A DNA stretch of 64,000 nucleotides from Candidatus Heimdallarchaeota archaeon (GCA_018238545.1 JABCTC010000009.1:30709-94708); one strand, 5' to 3'. Positions 9,400 to 19,698 are shown, numbered from the stretch's first letter. Notes: a model not told the origin generated them from the sequence alone. A program made the numbers and translations.

Positions 9400-10014
9400 A
9401 TGAATGTTTATCAAGTAATAAGAAAAAGATTGAAACAGGTTAAAGAACCTTACAAATTCCTCAATGGTGATGTTTACCTTGTTGTGACACCAACACACAT
9501 CTGGATATGGTTAGGCTCAAAATCGTATTGTGATGACAAAGCCGTTGGTGCTTGGACAGCAAAGGTAATTGAAGAAGACAACAAATCTTTAGAAATAGAT
9601 ACAGTAATGGATGGAGATGAACCACAAGAATTCAAAGATCTTATCACATTCGAAGTTTTAGAAGGAGATACTCCTGGTTTCCTCAAACATTTTGATAAGA
9701 AGGTAGATATAGATTACAAATTACTAAAAATCCAACAAGATTCTGATGGGTTGATTAAAACTTCAGAAGTTCCTATCAAGAAGAAATCCTTTAAATCTGG
9801 AGATAGTTTTGTTTTAGACGCCTGGGACGAACTTTATGTTTGGATAGGTAAAAAATCGCAAGTTAAAGAAAAGTATGAAGCAGGTAGAATTTCTAGAGCA
9901 CTAGATGTTGAAAGAAAACGAACTCCTGTTATCTATACAATGGATGAAGGTCAAGAACCAAAAGGTTTCTGGGATATTGTTGAAAGGATTCAAAAAGAAG
10001 ATCCCAAAAAATAA
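9400..10014 (+). CDS. Two-domain gelsolin-like protein (Asgard 2DGel type)
   Basis: Two gelsolin repeats: GDVYLV..IWIWLGSKS..DGDEPQEF and GDSFVLD..LYVWIGKKS..EGQEPKGFW. Confidence 0.92.
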   Translation: MNVYQVIRKRLKQVKEPYKFLNGDVYLVVTPTHIWIWLGSKSYCDDKAVGAWTAKVIEEDNKSLEIDTVMDGDEPQEFKDLITFEVLEGDTPGFLKHFDKKVDIDYKLLKIQQDSDGLIKTSEVPIKKKSFKSGDSFVLDAWDELYVWIGKKSQVKEKYEAGRISRALDVERKRTPVIYTMDEGQEPKGFWDIVERIQKEDPKK

Positions 10015-10098
10015 TTTCATCTTTTCTCTTTTTATTTTATTTTCATATATTTTTAAAACGCGAAAGATTAAAATACTATAAAATTGTTCTTTGTGAGT

Positions 10099-10734
10099 AT
10101 GTCATTTGAAGATGAATCTCCTGAATTATCAAGAGCAGAAACTGTTGAATCTTTAACGAGAGACCAACAAATCCTTCTGTACACCATAGACTATTTAACA
10201 AAGTGGATGGTTAGCGATGAACATATCTTGAAAAATGAAGGAGACAAAGTTTGGATTAAAGAGCTACCATTGTGGGCAATTATGTACTATCAAATTACTC
10301 ATGGATCTTATGAGACTTATGATTACGCCCCTACACCCATACAATTTTTTGGAAGAAGCAGTTTTACTATAAATCTTTCCTATGAAGGTGTTGATGATGT
10401 TGAAGATTTACGTGAATTGGATATCCTAGAAAAGATTCGTCTCAGTACTTCTCAACATGGCTTTGTTACAGCTTATAGAATTACAGAAATAGGAGATAAA
10501 TATCTAAAAAAAATTCCTAAAGATGTCATTGATGAAGTTGAAACTCTCTTTTTCTGTGAATGTTGTCAAAAACGAATGCATTTCTACATGAATATGGGTG
10601 ATAATCCATCAGTTTTAATGGATTGCCCCGATTGTGATGAATCTGATGTTCATTTAAATTTTCTTGAAAGCGAAGATGTAAGTTATGTTTCAAAACCTTA
10701 CTTTCTGAAAATAAGTGATTTGTTGAAGAGGTGA
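10099..10734 (+). CDS. Conserved hypothetical protein: winged-helix-like region plus C-terminal zinc ribbon
   Basis: YDYAP, EGVDDVEDLRE, TAYRITEIG wing; CECC...CPDC. Confidence 0.8.
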   Translation: MSFEDESPELSRAETVESLTRDQQILLYTIDYLTKWMVSDEHILKNEGDKVWIKELPLWAIMYYQITHGSYETYDYAPTPIQFFGRSSFTINLSYEGVDDVEDLRELDILEKIRLSTSQHGFVTAYRITEIGDKYLKKIPKDVIDEVETLFFCECCQKRMHFYMNMGDNPSVLMDCPDCDESDVHLNFLESEDVSYVSKPYFLKISDLLKR

Positions 10735-10738
10735 TTAT

Positions 10739-12511
10739 GTGAGTGAAGAATTAGCAGGAAACATAAAAGATGAATTAGCAGAAATCATTCATATTAAAGA
10801 CCCAAAAATTTTCGTTATAGAGTGGCTTCCCTTTGATTCTAACCAATTAAGAGAACTGAATAAAAAAATGGATATAGAAAAAGGAGCACATAAGACTCTT
10901 CTTACTGGTTTAATTGATAGGCAACCGAATGTACCTATTTTTCAATCAAAAGGTGCTCATACAAAAGTATTCGTTGAAGATTATGAACTTGATAGTTTTG
11001 TTAACCTTCAAGCAATCATCGATTTGCCTGAAGAAGAAGACATTGTACAAGTTGAAGAGATGGCTATTTTTGTCTCGAGAGATGGTTTCATCATTTATTC
11101 GTTGGAATTAGCTGAAATTGAAAACTTGAATACATACATGTCTATAGATAAAATAACTCGAGTTGTTGCAGATTTATGTCAAGATAGTTCTGTAGTGATT
11201 GATAGCCTTTTGACTGAATTCCAAAGGAATTTTATTGATATTATATTTGGAGATCCCATCCATCGTCCAAAAACTATCTGCTATGTTGGAGATGATATTA
11301 AAATCCGACATGAGGACATACAAGATTACTATGACGGGGAAGAGTGTGAGATTGAACTAAGCCAATTATTAGGTGAAGGACATGAACCTTTCCAAGTAGG
11401 TAATAATCTTTTCTTTAAAGGTTCAAGGGGTACATGTGCAATTGTAGATACTTTTGATAAAGAGACAGAATACCAAATAATTTTCTGGGGCATTCAACAT
11501 GCTATGAACAACTTTGTAGATAATTTTATGTCTAGAATTTGGGAATTATATGATCAAACTAAACACGTGAAAAAGATTGTTGATGAAGCTGTTGCAGGCA
11601 ACACTGACGCTTTAAATACTGTTACAGAAGAAATTACAGTAATCACTAGCACAATTAGTCTAGTTGGACAAATTAAAGAATTTCTTAAAGATTCTAGTAA
11701 AGATTTGTTAGAAATTTATGGCAAAAATAAAAAATGTAATCTGGATGGCTTTTATGAGGTTGAAAATTCCTTGAAATCTTCACAAAGAAGAATTCTGGAA
11801 TCTGAAAAAATCATTTCTGGTTTATTAACTGAGCTTGATGGATTACGAAATTATGTTGCAACGCTTTCAGAGTTACAAATGAGAAAGATGTCTAAAGTTA
11901 TGACAAAAAACACAAAAAGTATGAATGAAGTACTTCAAGCTAATACTAGAACAAGTGAAGCAATCGATATGATTGAATTGATTTTGGCAGGCAGTATTAT
12001 CTTAGAAATTTTTGCTTTTGCGGTAGGTGAGATTACATCTGAACAGACATTTTTTGGTTCAATTTTAAGTGGACAAGGATTTGGGAAGGATCAGTGGATA
12101 ACTCTAGCTCTTTTACTAATCAGTGTTTTTGCTTGGATAACGATAGTTGTTCTATTAAGAAGAAGTAAGAAGAAAATGGAGATAGAAGCTTTGCAAGATT
12201 TCTATGTAACACTGTCTGTGAATAAAAAAATAGATGTAACTAAAATGGAAGAATATATCTCAAATAGATCAGTTCAGATAAAAAATGTTGAATATGATAA
12301 GGAAAATATCATCATCTCATGTGTTTGGGGTGGTGATGATGACCCAAATCTGCTAGGGAAAAACATCGAAAAAGTAAGCGTTAGTTATAATGAAACTAAC
12401 AGCTTGTTGTTAACGTTAGAGATTGAAACTTCTGAATTAGATATTAAACAAGATAAACTTCTAGGTTATGTGTTCAATGATCTTGAAGCAAAAGGGGTAT
12501 TTATTAAGTAA
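10739..12511 (+). CDS. Membrane protein with CorA-like architecture (soluble domain, long coiled stalk, two C-terminal TM helices, extra C-terminal domain)
   Basis: GTG start after GAGGTGA; long heptad helices leading into TMs LILAGSIILEIFAF and WITLALLLISVFAWITIVVLL; no GMN motif. Confidence 0.7.
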   Translation: MSEELAGNIKDELAEIIHIKDPKIFVIEWLPFDSNQLRELNKKMDIEKGAHKTLLTGLIDRQPNVPIFQSKGAHTKVFVEDYELDSFVNLQAIIDLPEEEDIVQVEEMAIFVSRDGFIIYSLELAEIENLNTYMSIDKITRVVADLCQDSSVVIDSLLTEFQRNFIDIIFGDPIHRPKTICYVGDDIKIRHEDIQDYYDGEECEIELSQLLGEGHEPFQVGNNLFFKGSRGTCAIVDTFDKETEYQIIFWGIQHAMNNFVDNFMSRIWELYDQTKHVKKIVDEAVAGNTDALNTVTEEITVITSTISLVGQIKEFLKDSSKDLLEIYGKNKKCNLDGFYEVENSLKSSQRRILESEKIISGLLTELDGLRNYVATLSELQMRKMSKVMTKNTKSMNEVLQANTRTSEAIDMIELILAGSIILEIFAFAVGEITSEQTFFGSILSGQGFGKDQWITLALLLISVFAWITIVVLLRRSKKKMEIEALQDFYVTLSVNKKIDVTKMEEYISNRSVQIKNVEYDKENIIISCVWGGDDDPNLLGKNIEKVSVSYNETNSLLLTLEIETSELDIKQDKLLGYVFNDLEAKGVFIK

Positions 12512-12580
12512 TTACAACCTCTTTTCTTTTTCTATTTTAATTCAGATAGTTTTAATTACTACTTCTCGGATTATGGTGAT

Positions 12581-13327
12581 ATGCCTAAAACGAAGAAAGC
12601 TTTTTCAATTCAATCCAGCGAATTGATTAAGGATTTCAAATTGCAGGGAGAGGAAATTGTTCATGTTTTGACAGGAGTTAACATGAAAGTAAAACCAGGA
12701 GAATTTATTGCATGCATGGGGCCAAGTGGTAGTGGTAAGTCAACATTACTAAATATTTTAGCTACATTGGAAACAATTACAGAAGGTGAAGTGAGGCTAA
12801 GTGGTGTTAATCTTCATGACACTTCATATAAAGATATATTAGATATTCGAAGAAATAAAACAGCTCTAGTTTTCCAAAATTTTGCTTTAATTCCATATCT
12901 TACAGCTAAAGAAAATGTTAAACTACCAATGAAACTAAGGGGGGTTCTAGAGAATGAAGCAGAAGAGAAAGCAATTAGTTACTTAGAGCAAGTTGGTCTT
13001 TATGCTCGTCTTGATCACTTACCTGAAGAATTAAGTGGTGGTGAACAGCAAAGAGTCGCAATAGCAAGAGCTCTGGCACATGATCCTGATATAATTTACG
13101 CAGATGAACCAACTGGGAATCTTGACACAAACATTGGAAAAGATATTATTCAATTGTTTAAGACATTGGCAAAAGAGAAAAATATCACCATCATCATGGT
13201 TACGCATGATCCAGATTGTGCGGTTGAGACTGATCGCATATATATCCTTCAAGAAGGGAAAGTTCTCGAAGAAAGAGTTACATCAGTTAAGAAGCGTAGT
13301 AGTAAGGTGGAGGATGTAAAGAAATGA
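12581..13327 (+). CDS. ABC transporter ATPase, LolD/MacB family
   Basis: GPSGSGKS, LSGGEQQR, ADEPTGNLD, VTHD. Confidence 0.96.
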   Translation: MPKTKKAFSIQSSELIKDFKLQGEEIVHVLTGVNMKVKPGEFIACMGPSGSGKSTLLNILATLETITEGEVRLSGVNLHDTSYKDILDIRRNKTALVFQNFALIPYLTAKENVKLPMKLRGVLENEAEEKAISYLEQVGLYARLDHLPEELSGGEQQRVAIARALAHDPDIIYADEPTGNLDTNIGKDIIQLFKTLAKEKNITIIMVTHDPDCAVETDRIYILQEGKVLEERVTSVKKRSSKVEDVKK

Positions 13328-16098
13328 AGATTACTAATATTTTTTCAACATTAGGTTTAGCTTTTAGGAGTATTTTTTCTAACAAAAGAAGAAGCATTTC
13401 AATAGGCGCAGGAATGATTTTAGGTGCAGCAATATTCTCAAGTATCTTCTTCTATGGTTCCATGATAAACTCAATTACAGTTCAAGATATAATTGATAAT
13501 ACAGAAGCGGAGATAGCGTTTTCTCCAATCAGTGATGTTTCAGAATATACTCCAGTGCAATTTGCGAATATGATTACAGAAGAAGTGGAAATAGACAATA
13601 GTATTGTTTTGTATGGAGGGATGCAACAATCGGATGATGAACTTGAGATGTTCTATGATTCTCATATTACGCCAGAGGTGAATTTTACAGAATATAGTGG
13701 TGTTCTAAATGCTAGACCTTTCTATATACCATTCATAATTGATGATGAATTTCTCAACAGTAGTATAGTTAACTCAGTAAATATGGTTGCTGGAGAAAAT
13801 GATCTGAGTGGAAATAGTTGTCTTTTATCTATCGACCAATACAAGTCACTAGGAATCCAACTTAACGACACCTTGCCATTCAATTTTACTCTCTATAAAG
13901 TGGATTATAGTTTAGGTATTGAAAGTACAGTATTATTGGAATCTTATACTTTTAATTTAACAATCAAGGGTTTCTTTAGAAATAGTCTTCTTCTAGGAGA
14001 TGAGTTTCTACTAATGGGAAGTCACAATCTTCCAAGTGGTAGTATTGCCAATTTAACTTCATATCAAATGTTTAGAATTGCTTCCAAGCTTAATTTGGAA
14101 GAATTTCCTTTAAGTGATTTAATGGACCTTAATGATGCAATTGAACAAGTTATTAGAAGGATTGAACAAAAATATGCTCTAGAAGGTAATAACCTCATTT
14201 CTGGACAATTGTTTGTTTTTATGGGAATGATAACTATTATGCAGTTACTTGACACAATATTATACATACCTGCAATCGTACTATCAATTATTCTAATTAA
14301 CCTTGGAGCAGAACTTGCATTACAAGAAAGAAAATTTGAAGTTTCCGTACTTAAAGCTCAAGGAGCAAGTCCTAAACAGATACGGCGAATGATTTTTACT
14401 GAAGTGTTTTTGATAGCTATTATAGGCGAACTTATTGGTTTATTTTTGGGAATGCTAGGTGCAGCTATGGTTCTTTCAACCTATCGTTTCATGGTGATAG
14501 ACTTTCAAACTTTTGCTTCTGCATTTTCATCACTAAATATTAGCGCATGGAGTGTAATCGTAACGGTGATAATAACGTTTGGAATACTATTTATCACTAC
14601 TCGAAAGAAGACTAACGCTTTCATCAGACAAGAAGTAGCTGTTGCTAAAACAATTGAGAAACAGAAAAAAGGCTGGTTCAAAGCCATTTACGGTGACATA
14701 ATATTCTTTACATTAGGACTGATTGGTGTAATGTTAACAATTGTTGAAGATACAAATCCTGCTGTTTCTTATAGTTTTGTTGTCGAATTGTTACAATTCT
14801 TCACACCAATATTATTGTGGTATGGTGGAGCAGCTGTAGTCAGCAGATTATCTACAAAGGTTCCAGAAAGGCTTGACAAAGTGCTAGTTAAAGTGTTCAA
14901 AGACATTGGAAGTTTACTTAAAGGTAGCCTTTCAAGAAGACATCAGAACTTTCCAAGAATGACAGTTCTAATCTGCCTTTCAGTTTCTTTGAGTGTTTTT
15001 GCTGCTATACAAGGTGAAACTGGTGCTGCGGAAATCCCAAGACACGCAGATTATTACATTGGAGGAGATATGAGAATAGATCTGATAGGTTATTATCAAG
15101 ATCTGTCTATATCAAACTTTACTGGGTTCGAAGATAAAATAGAATCAGTAATCCCGATATATTACACTCCACTCCAATCAGGAGCAGATATGGTGCATTG
15201 TTATGGTGCTGATCTCACGCAATATGGAGAAGAAGCTCTATGGCATCGTGATTCAATTGTCGATTATCCTAATTGGGAAAAAGGATTAGAAACCATTCAA
15301 GCTGATCCATTGAGAAATGTAGGTATTGGTCGTGAATCAGCTAGATATCTAGAAATTGATAATAATCCAACATTTAAGTTAGATCTTTTCAATGGTTCCG
15401 AGATTGAAGTTGAAGCTACAATTGTGATTGATCATGCCCCTGGTGGTGTTAAAGACGAATTTGCTGGTTTCGCAGGATATGCCATTCTAGTTGATAAGGC
15501 ATTCATCTTGAACTATGCTCCATTTACACATACCATAGTAAGAGCTATTATTAATTTGAAACCTAGTGTTGATCCTATTGAAGAAAACCTTTCATTCCAG
15601 TTCAACACTAAATTTGATTGGATTGTTGATGCTCAATCTTATGAAGAAGAAATAGAGTTTATAGCTGGTAGAGAGGGTATGAGATTTGGTTTTCCAGGAT
15701 TACTTACAATTAATTTCATAATCGCCATAGTTGCAATTGTTATTGGTATAACTATATTCATGTTCATGATTATAAATCAGAGAAAGAAAGAATTCGCAAT
15801 TTTGATTGCTGAAGGAGCGTCAAAGAAGCAATTAGTGAAACTGGTCATAACTGAAGTACTTTCTATGGCTATTTTTGCTACGGGATTTGGAACGTTGATT
15901 GGATTCTTATTTGGTTATCAGATAAATTCCTTCTTTGACACGTTTAGTGTGACGACCTTTGATAGATACCTCATCTTCCCACCAATAATACTCACAGCGA
16001 CGATTGTAGGTGCGTTTGTAGTTATCTTATTGGCTACTCTAGTACCGGCTCTCATAGCGGCAAGAACAAATGTAGTGGAGGAAATGAGGACAGTTTAG
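13324..16098 (+). CDS. FtsX/MacB-type ABC permease (duplicated halves)
   Basis: Two ERKFE/QRKKEF..L.A.GAS motifs, two large extracytoplasmic loops; ATGA overlap with the ATPase gene. Confidence 0.92.
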   Translation: MKITNIFSTLGLAFRSIFSNKRRSISIGAGMILGAAIFSSIFFYGSMINSITVQDIIDNTEAEIAFSPISDVSEYTPVQFANMITEEVEIDNSIVLYGGMQQSDDELEMFYDSHITPEVNFTEYSGVLNARPFYIPFIIDDEFLNSSIVNSVNMVAGENDLSGNSCLLSIDQYKSLGIQLNDTLPFNFTLYKVDYSLGIESTVLLESYTFNLTIKGFFRNSLLLGDEFLLMGSHNLPSGSIANLTSYQMFRIASKLNLEEFPLSDLMDLNDAIEQVIRRIEQKYALEGNNLISGQLFVFMGMITIMQLLDTILYIPAIVLSIILINLGAELALQERKFEVSVLKAQGASPKQIRRMIFTEVFLIAIIGELIGLFLGMLGAAMVLSTYRFMVIDFQTFASAFSSLNISAWSVIVTVIITFGILFITTRKKTNAFIRQEVAVAKTIEKQKKGWFKAIYGDIIFFTLGLIGVMLTIVEDTNPAVSYSFVVELLQFFTPILLWYGGAAVVSRLSTKVPERLDKVLVKVFKDIGSLLKGSLSRRHQNFPRMTVLICLSVSLSVFAAIQGETGAAEIPRHADYYIGGDMRIDLIGYYQDLSISNFTGFEDKIESVIPIYYTPLQSGADMVHCYGADLTQYGEEALWHRDSIVDYPNWEKGLETIQADPLRNVGIGRESARYLEIDNNPTFKLDLFNGSEIEVEATIVIDHAPGGVKDEFAGFAGYAILVDKAFILNYAPFTHTIVRAIINLKPSVDPIEENLSFQFNTKFDWIVDAQSYEEEIEFIAGREGMRFGFPGLLTINFIIAIVAIVIGITIFMFMIINQRKKEFAILIAEGASKKQLVKLVITEVLSMAIFATGFGTLIGFLFGYQINSFFDTFSVTTFDRYLIFPPIILTATIVGAFVVILLATLVPALIAARTNVVEEMRTV

Positions 16099-17118
16099 GT
16101 GATGAATATGTATGGAGATCAAAGACAAAGAATAAAGATTCAACCTCTGCCTGAGAATATGGCATTACAAGCCTTAGATATTTATCATGTATATGGAATG
16201 GAACATCAGAATAAAGTTGTAGCTCTGAAAGGAGTTAGTTTTGATATTAAGAAAGGAGAAATTTTGGGGATAATAGGTCCGTCAGGAAGCGGTAAATCAA
16301 CTCTTCTACTATCTATGGGTGGAATGTTGAAACCTTCTGCTGGACAAATAATTTTCAATGATGGCACTGACATAACCAAGTTACCTGAAGAGGAACAATT
16401 CTCATTTAGACGACACAATATTGGCTATATCTTCCAAGAACAAAATTTAATTCCTTTCTTAACTGCTGAGCAAAACATCGAAATGCCAATGAAGCTTGTT
16501 GAAATCCCAAGAACCCAACGTAAGGTTAAAGTAAAAGAACTCATGGAAAGATTAGGCATCTGGCACAGAAGATTACACACACCTAAGCGTATCTCTGGTG
16601 GAGAAAGGCAAAGGGTTGCTATAGCTAGAGCACTAGCAAATAACCCTAAACTAATACTAGCTGATGAACCAACAGGGTCGGTTGATTCAGATACTTCTAC
16701 ACAAATACTACAACTTTTTCAAGAGTTGAAAGATGAGATGGGTGCATCCTTTCTAATTTGTAGCCATGATCCAATTGTTGGTGAGTTTTCTGACAGAACT
16801 CTAGAAATCCGTGATGGCATAATTATTGGAGAACACGGTTTAGGTGTTGATCTATCGAATTTGGATAGTTCTAGATTATTAGTAATCGACAACCAAAACA
16901 GAATAACTTTACCAGAAAAAGCTTTAATTGGATTAAGAGGTTCTTTGCTGTATACTTGGGAATTGAAAGATGATGGAATTATGCTTAAACCATTATCTCA
17001 GAAAGATGAAAAAATAGAACGCAAAATAAAGTTTTGTACATCATGTGGGGCTGATATCAAACCTGGCACGTACACCTGCACTCGTTGTGGCGCTAAATTA
17101 ACAAGAATAGTGAGATGA
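16099..17118 (+). CDS. Second ABC ATPase with C-terminal AbrB-like and zinc-ribbon extensions
   Basis: GPSGSGKS, ISGGERQR, ADEPTG, SHD; tail IDNQNRITLPEKAL...GIMLKP and CTSC..CTRC. Confidence 0.92.
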   Translation: MMNMYGDQRQRIKIQPLPENMALQALDIYHVYGMEHQNKVVALKGVSFDIKKGEILGIIGPSGSGKSTLLLSMGGMLKPSAGQIIFNDGTDITKLPEEEQFSFRRHNIGYIFQEQNLIPFLTAEQNIEMPMKLVEIPRTQRKVKVKELMERLGIWHRRLHTPKRISGGERQRVAIARALANNPKLILADEPTGSVDSDTSTQILQLFQELKDEMGASFLICSHDPIVGEFSDRTLEIRDGIIIGEHGLGVDLSNLDSSRLLVIDNQNRITLPEKALIGLRGSLLYTWELKDDGIMLKPLSQKDEKIERKIKFCTSCGADIKPGTYTCTRCGAKLTRIVR

Positions 17119-17157
17119 ACTCTCTATTCCCTAATCTTTTTTAATCAAAACGTTTCT

Positions 17158-17769
17158 ATGGTTCTGATGAATATTTACCTAGTGAGACATGGAGAGACAG
17201 ATTATAATAAAGAACGCTTGTTGATGGGGCAGTTAGATATCCCTCTGAATGAGCTAGGACTATCTCAAGCGGAGAAAATTGGAAAAATACTAGAAAATAA
17301 AGAGATATCGAAAATTTACTCTTCTGATCTCATTCGAGCTTCTAAAACAGCTGAAATTGTTAAGAATACACAAAATATCCCACTAGAGTTAATTCCAAAT
17401 TTCAGAGAGCACACTTTTGGAAAAATGGACGGTATGAAATGGTCATCAAAATGGGATGAAATGGAAAAGAATGAATTTGATAATATACTCTTAAAGGAAG
17501 GTGGGGAATCATTTACTCATTTTGAAAAGAGAATATGGGATACATACATCAAAATTACATCGAAACACTCAATTGATGAAAACTTACTGATTATCTCACA
17601 TGGTGGGTGTATTAGGGTGATAATTATGAAAATCCTTAATGCAACTGAAGAAATATTCAGTAATCTGAGCATTGATAATTGTAGTTTAACAACAATAGTT
17701 CATCTTCCGCATCGCAAAATTCACAAATACCGTATCATTAACATCAACTCTAATTGGTATCTTGAATAA
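17158..17769 (+). CDS. Histidine phosphatase (phosphoglycerate mutase/CobC family)
   Basis: LVRHGET, SSDLIRA, E in FREHTFG, SHGG. Confidence 0.93.
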   Translation: MVLMNIYLVRHGETDYNKERLLMGQLDIPLNELGLSQAEKIGKILENKEISKIYSSDLIRASKTAEIVKNTQNIPLELIPNFREHTFGKMDGMKWSSKWDEMEKNEFDNILLKEGGESFTHFEKRIWDTYIKITSKHSIDENLLIISHGGCIRVIIMKILNATEEIFSNLSIDNCSLTTIVHLPHRKIHKYRIININSNWYLE

Positions 17770-17821
17770 ATATATAATCACAAGCCCAAAATTAATAAAT
17801 AAATAGTCTATTTTTATCTCA

Positions 17822-19615
17822 ATGAGTGATATAATTATTCCTCCAATTGGAAAAGGTCCTACTCGAAAAGAAAAAACTAAGCTTCAAGAAATCAGAAAGA
17901 AAGATGATTCTGAAGAAGAGAATTTCTACGCTCTTGAAGTTAAAGATTTCGAGAAAGTTGAATATAGACCTTATGATACAAAAGAAGAAAAGAAAGAAGA
18001 TTTACCCAAAATGGATTTCTTTGTAGATAAGATCTATATGCAGAGGATAGTAGATGATCCTTCAAAGGTTCTAGTAACAGTTTATGTTGATTATGGTTTT
18101 CTTAAGCCAAACAAGGTCAATTTATTAGTTGATGTAAATAAGAAACTCCCTTTCAAAAGTAGATTAAAAGGAAGTTGTATGATTCATCTCTTTAACGATG
18201 ATTTATGTGAAATTGCTGAAATTCCAATGAAACATTCATCTGAATTTCAATATCATCCTGTAGCTTCAGCACCTGAATTATTCTTAGGATTGATTGAAAA
18301 CTTAGAGGAAAAAAAGAGTTACTATTATAGGATAGAGTGTTTTGATGAAAATAATAAACTCATAGGAGTTTCAAGAATTAAGCAATTCGTTGGCAGCGTT
18401 AAGAACGTAAAATCTCCTACTTTCTACGTTTCTGTTTCAGACATACATGCTGGTAACAAAGCCAAATTCAAGAGAGGAAGAGTTAGAGGATGTAAACCCA
18501 AACCTACTGAAAAACTTGACCTGCTTATGAGTCACATACATCTAAATGAACTAGATTATACATTTGATAAAGGGTATCAAGCTTTTACAACCAGTGGAGA
18601 TAATGTTGAAAATGGTTCGTATCACGAATATTGGGCGGATCTTTTTGCATGTGGGAGTGTTAATTTTGCAAGAATACCCTTTTTCCCAACTTTAGGAAAT
18701 CATGGGTATTTTAATGGAGGAATGGGTAGAGGATCGTGGTTTGGCACTAAAACACCAACTCAAAAACATTTTCACATGTTTGTTCAAACACCTAAAAAAC
18801 AAGGTGGAGCTTACTATTCTCATGTTGAAGGCAATGTATTGATGATTCATTTAGATTCTGTTGGTCTTAGGTGGGGGAATGAACGAATAGATTGTGAAAG
18901 CAGGCAATGGAAGTGGTTGTACTCTGTTCTTAAAGAATGGAGGGATAAACGAGCAGTAGGTAAAGGACCACAATTCTGTATTGTCCATCTTCATTCAGCA
19001 ATTTTCTCACTTGGTATGTATGGAATAACAAAAAATAACTCTGATGATTTTGCTCAAAAAACTTTAACGCCACTATTTGATGCGTTTGGAGTAAACGCGG
19101 TTATTTTTGGCCATGATCATGTATACCAACGTTCGCAATTCAAAAAAATTACTTACATATGTATAGGAGTTTCAAGTAAAGGTACTAGAAATCTATTCGA
19201 GAGTGAAATTGATGATGCAAAATATGATATAGAATGTTGGAACGAAGGGGATAAAGCTAGAGGATACGCAGTTACCTATGTTCCTCCAAACATGAATTTA
19301 ATGTCAAGTAGTGAAAAACAAGAATTCGAATCATGGTTAGGAGGAATTAAACAAACCATTCTTGATGGAGATTTACTAAAATATTGTACTTTTGAACAAG
19401 GTATTGATTCTCCTATATACAAGGAACTTATGTCTAATAAAATAAAGAAACTTGAATTTATTCAGAAAGAAATCATTGATAAAATGAAAACTCAAATATG
19501 GTTTAGATTCTATAACGTAAAAGGTGTTTTGAATGATCAAACTTTCTTAAATCCTATTTCTTTAGCCAAAGAAGTTACAGAACCTCCTAAATGTCCCAAT
19601 GAAATTGTTAGATAA
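17822..19615 (+). CDS. Metallophosphoesterase, purple-acid-phosphatase-like, no signal peptide
   Basis: SDIH, GDNV, LGNH, HLH, GHDH motifs preceded by an FN3-like segment (LEEKKSYYYRI). Confidence 0.85.
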   Translation: MSDIIIPPIGKGPTRKEKTKLQEIRKKDDSEEENFYALEVKDFEKVEYRPYDTKEEKKEDLPKMDFFVDKIYMQRIVDDPSKVLVTVYVDYGFLKPNKVNLLVDVNKKLPFKSRLKGSCMIHLFNDDLCEIAEIPMKHSSEFQYHPVASAPELFLGLIENLEEKKSYYYRIECFDENNKLIGVSRIKQFVGSVKNVKSPTFYVSVSDIHAGNKAKFKRGRVRGCKPKPTEKLDLLMSHIHLNELDYTFDKGYQAFTTSGDNVENGSYHEYWADLFACGSVNFARIPFFPTLGNHGYFNGGMGRGSWFGTKTPTQKHFHMFVQTPKKQGGAYYSHVEGNVLMIHLDSVGLRWGNERIDCESRQWKWLYSVLKEWRDKRAVGKGPQFCIVHLHSAIFSLGMYGITKNNSDDFAQKTLTPLFDAFGVNAVIFGHDHVYQRSQFKKITYICIGVSSKGTRNLFESEIDDAKYDIECWNEGDKARGYAVTYVPPNMNLMSSSEKQEFESWLGGIKQTILDGDLLKYCTFEQGIDSPIYKELMSNKIKKLEFIQKEIIDKMKTQIWFRFYNVKGVLNDQTFLNPISLAKEVTEPPKCPNEIVR

Positions 19616-19698
19616 CTAACTTTTTCTTCTTCATTTTATTTTTGATAAAAATAGTAAAAAAATGGAATAAAAAAAAAAGAAAAAAAAGAGAGGGGGGA

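Noticed and set aside
10739-12511. Annotation as corA
   Set aside because: No GMN motif; only the architecture is similar
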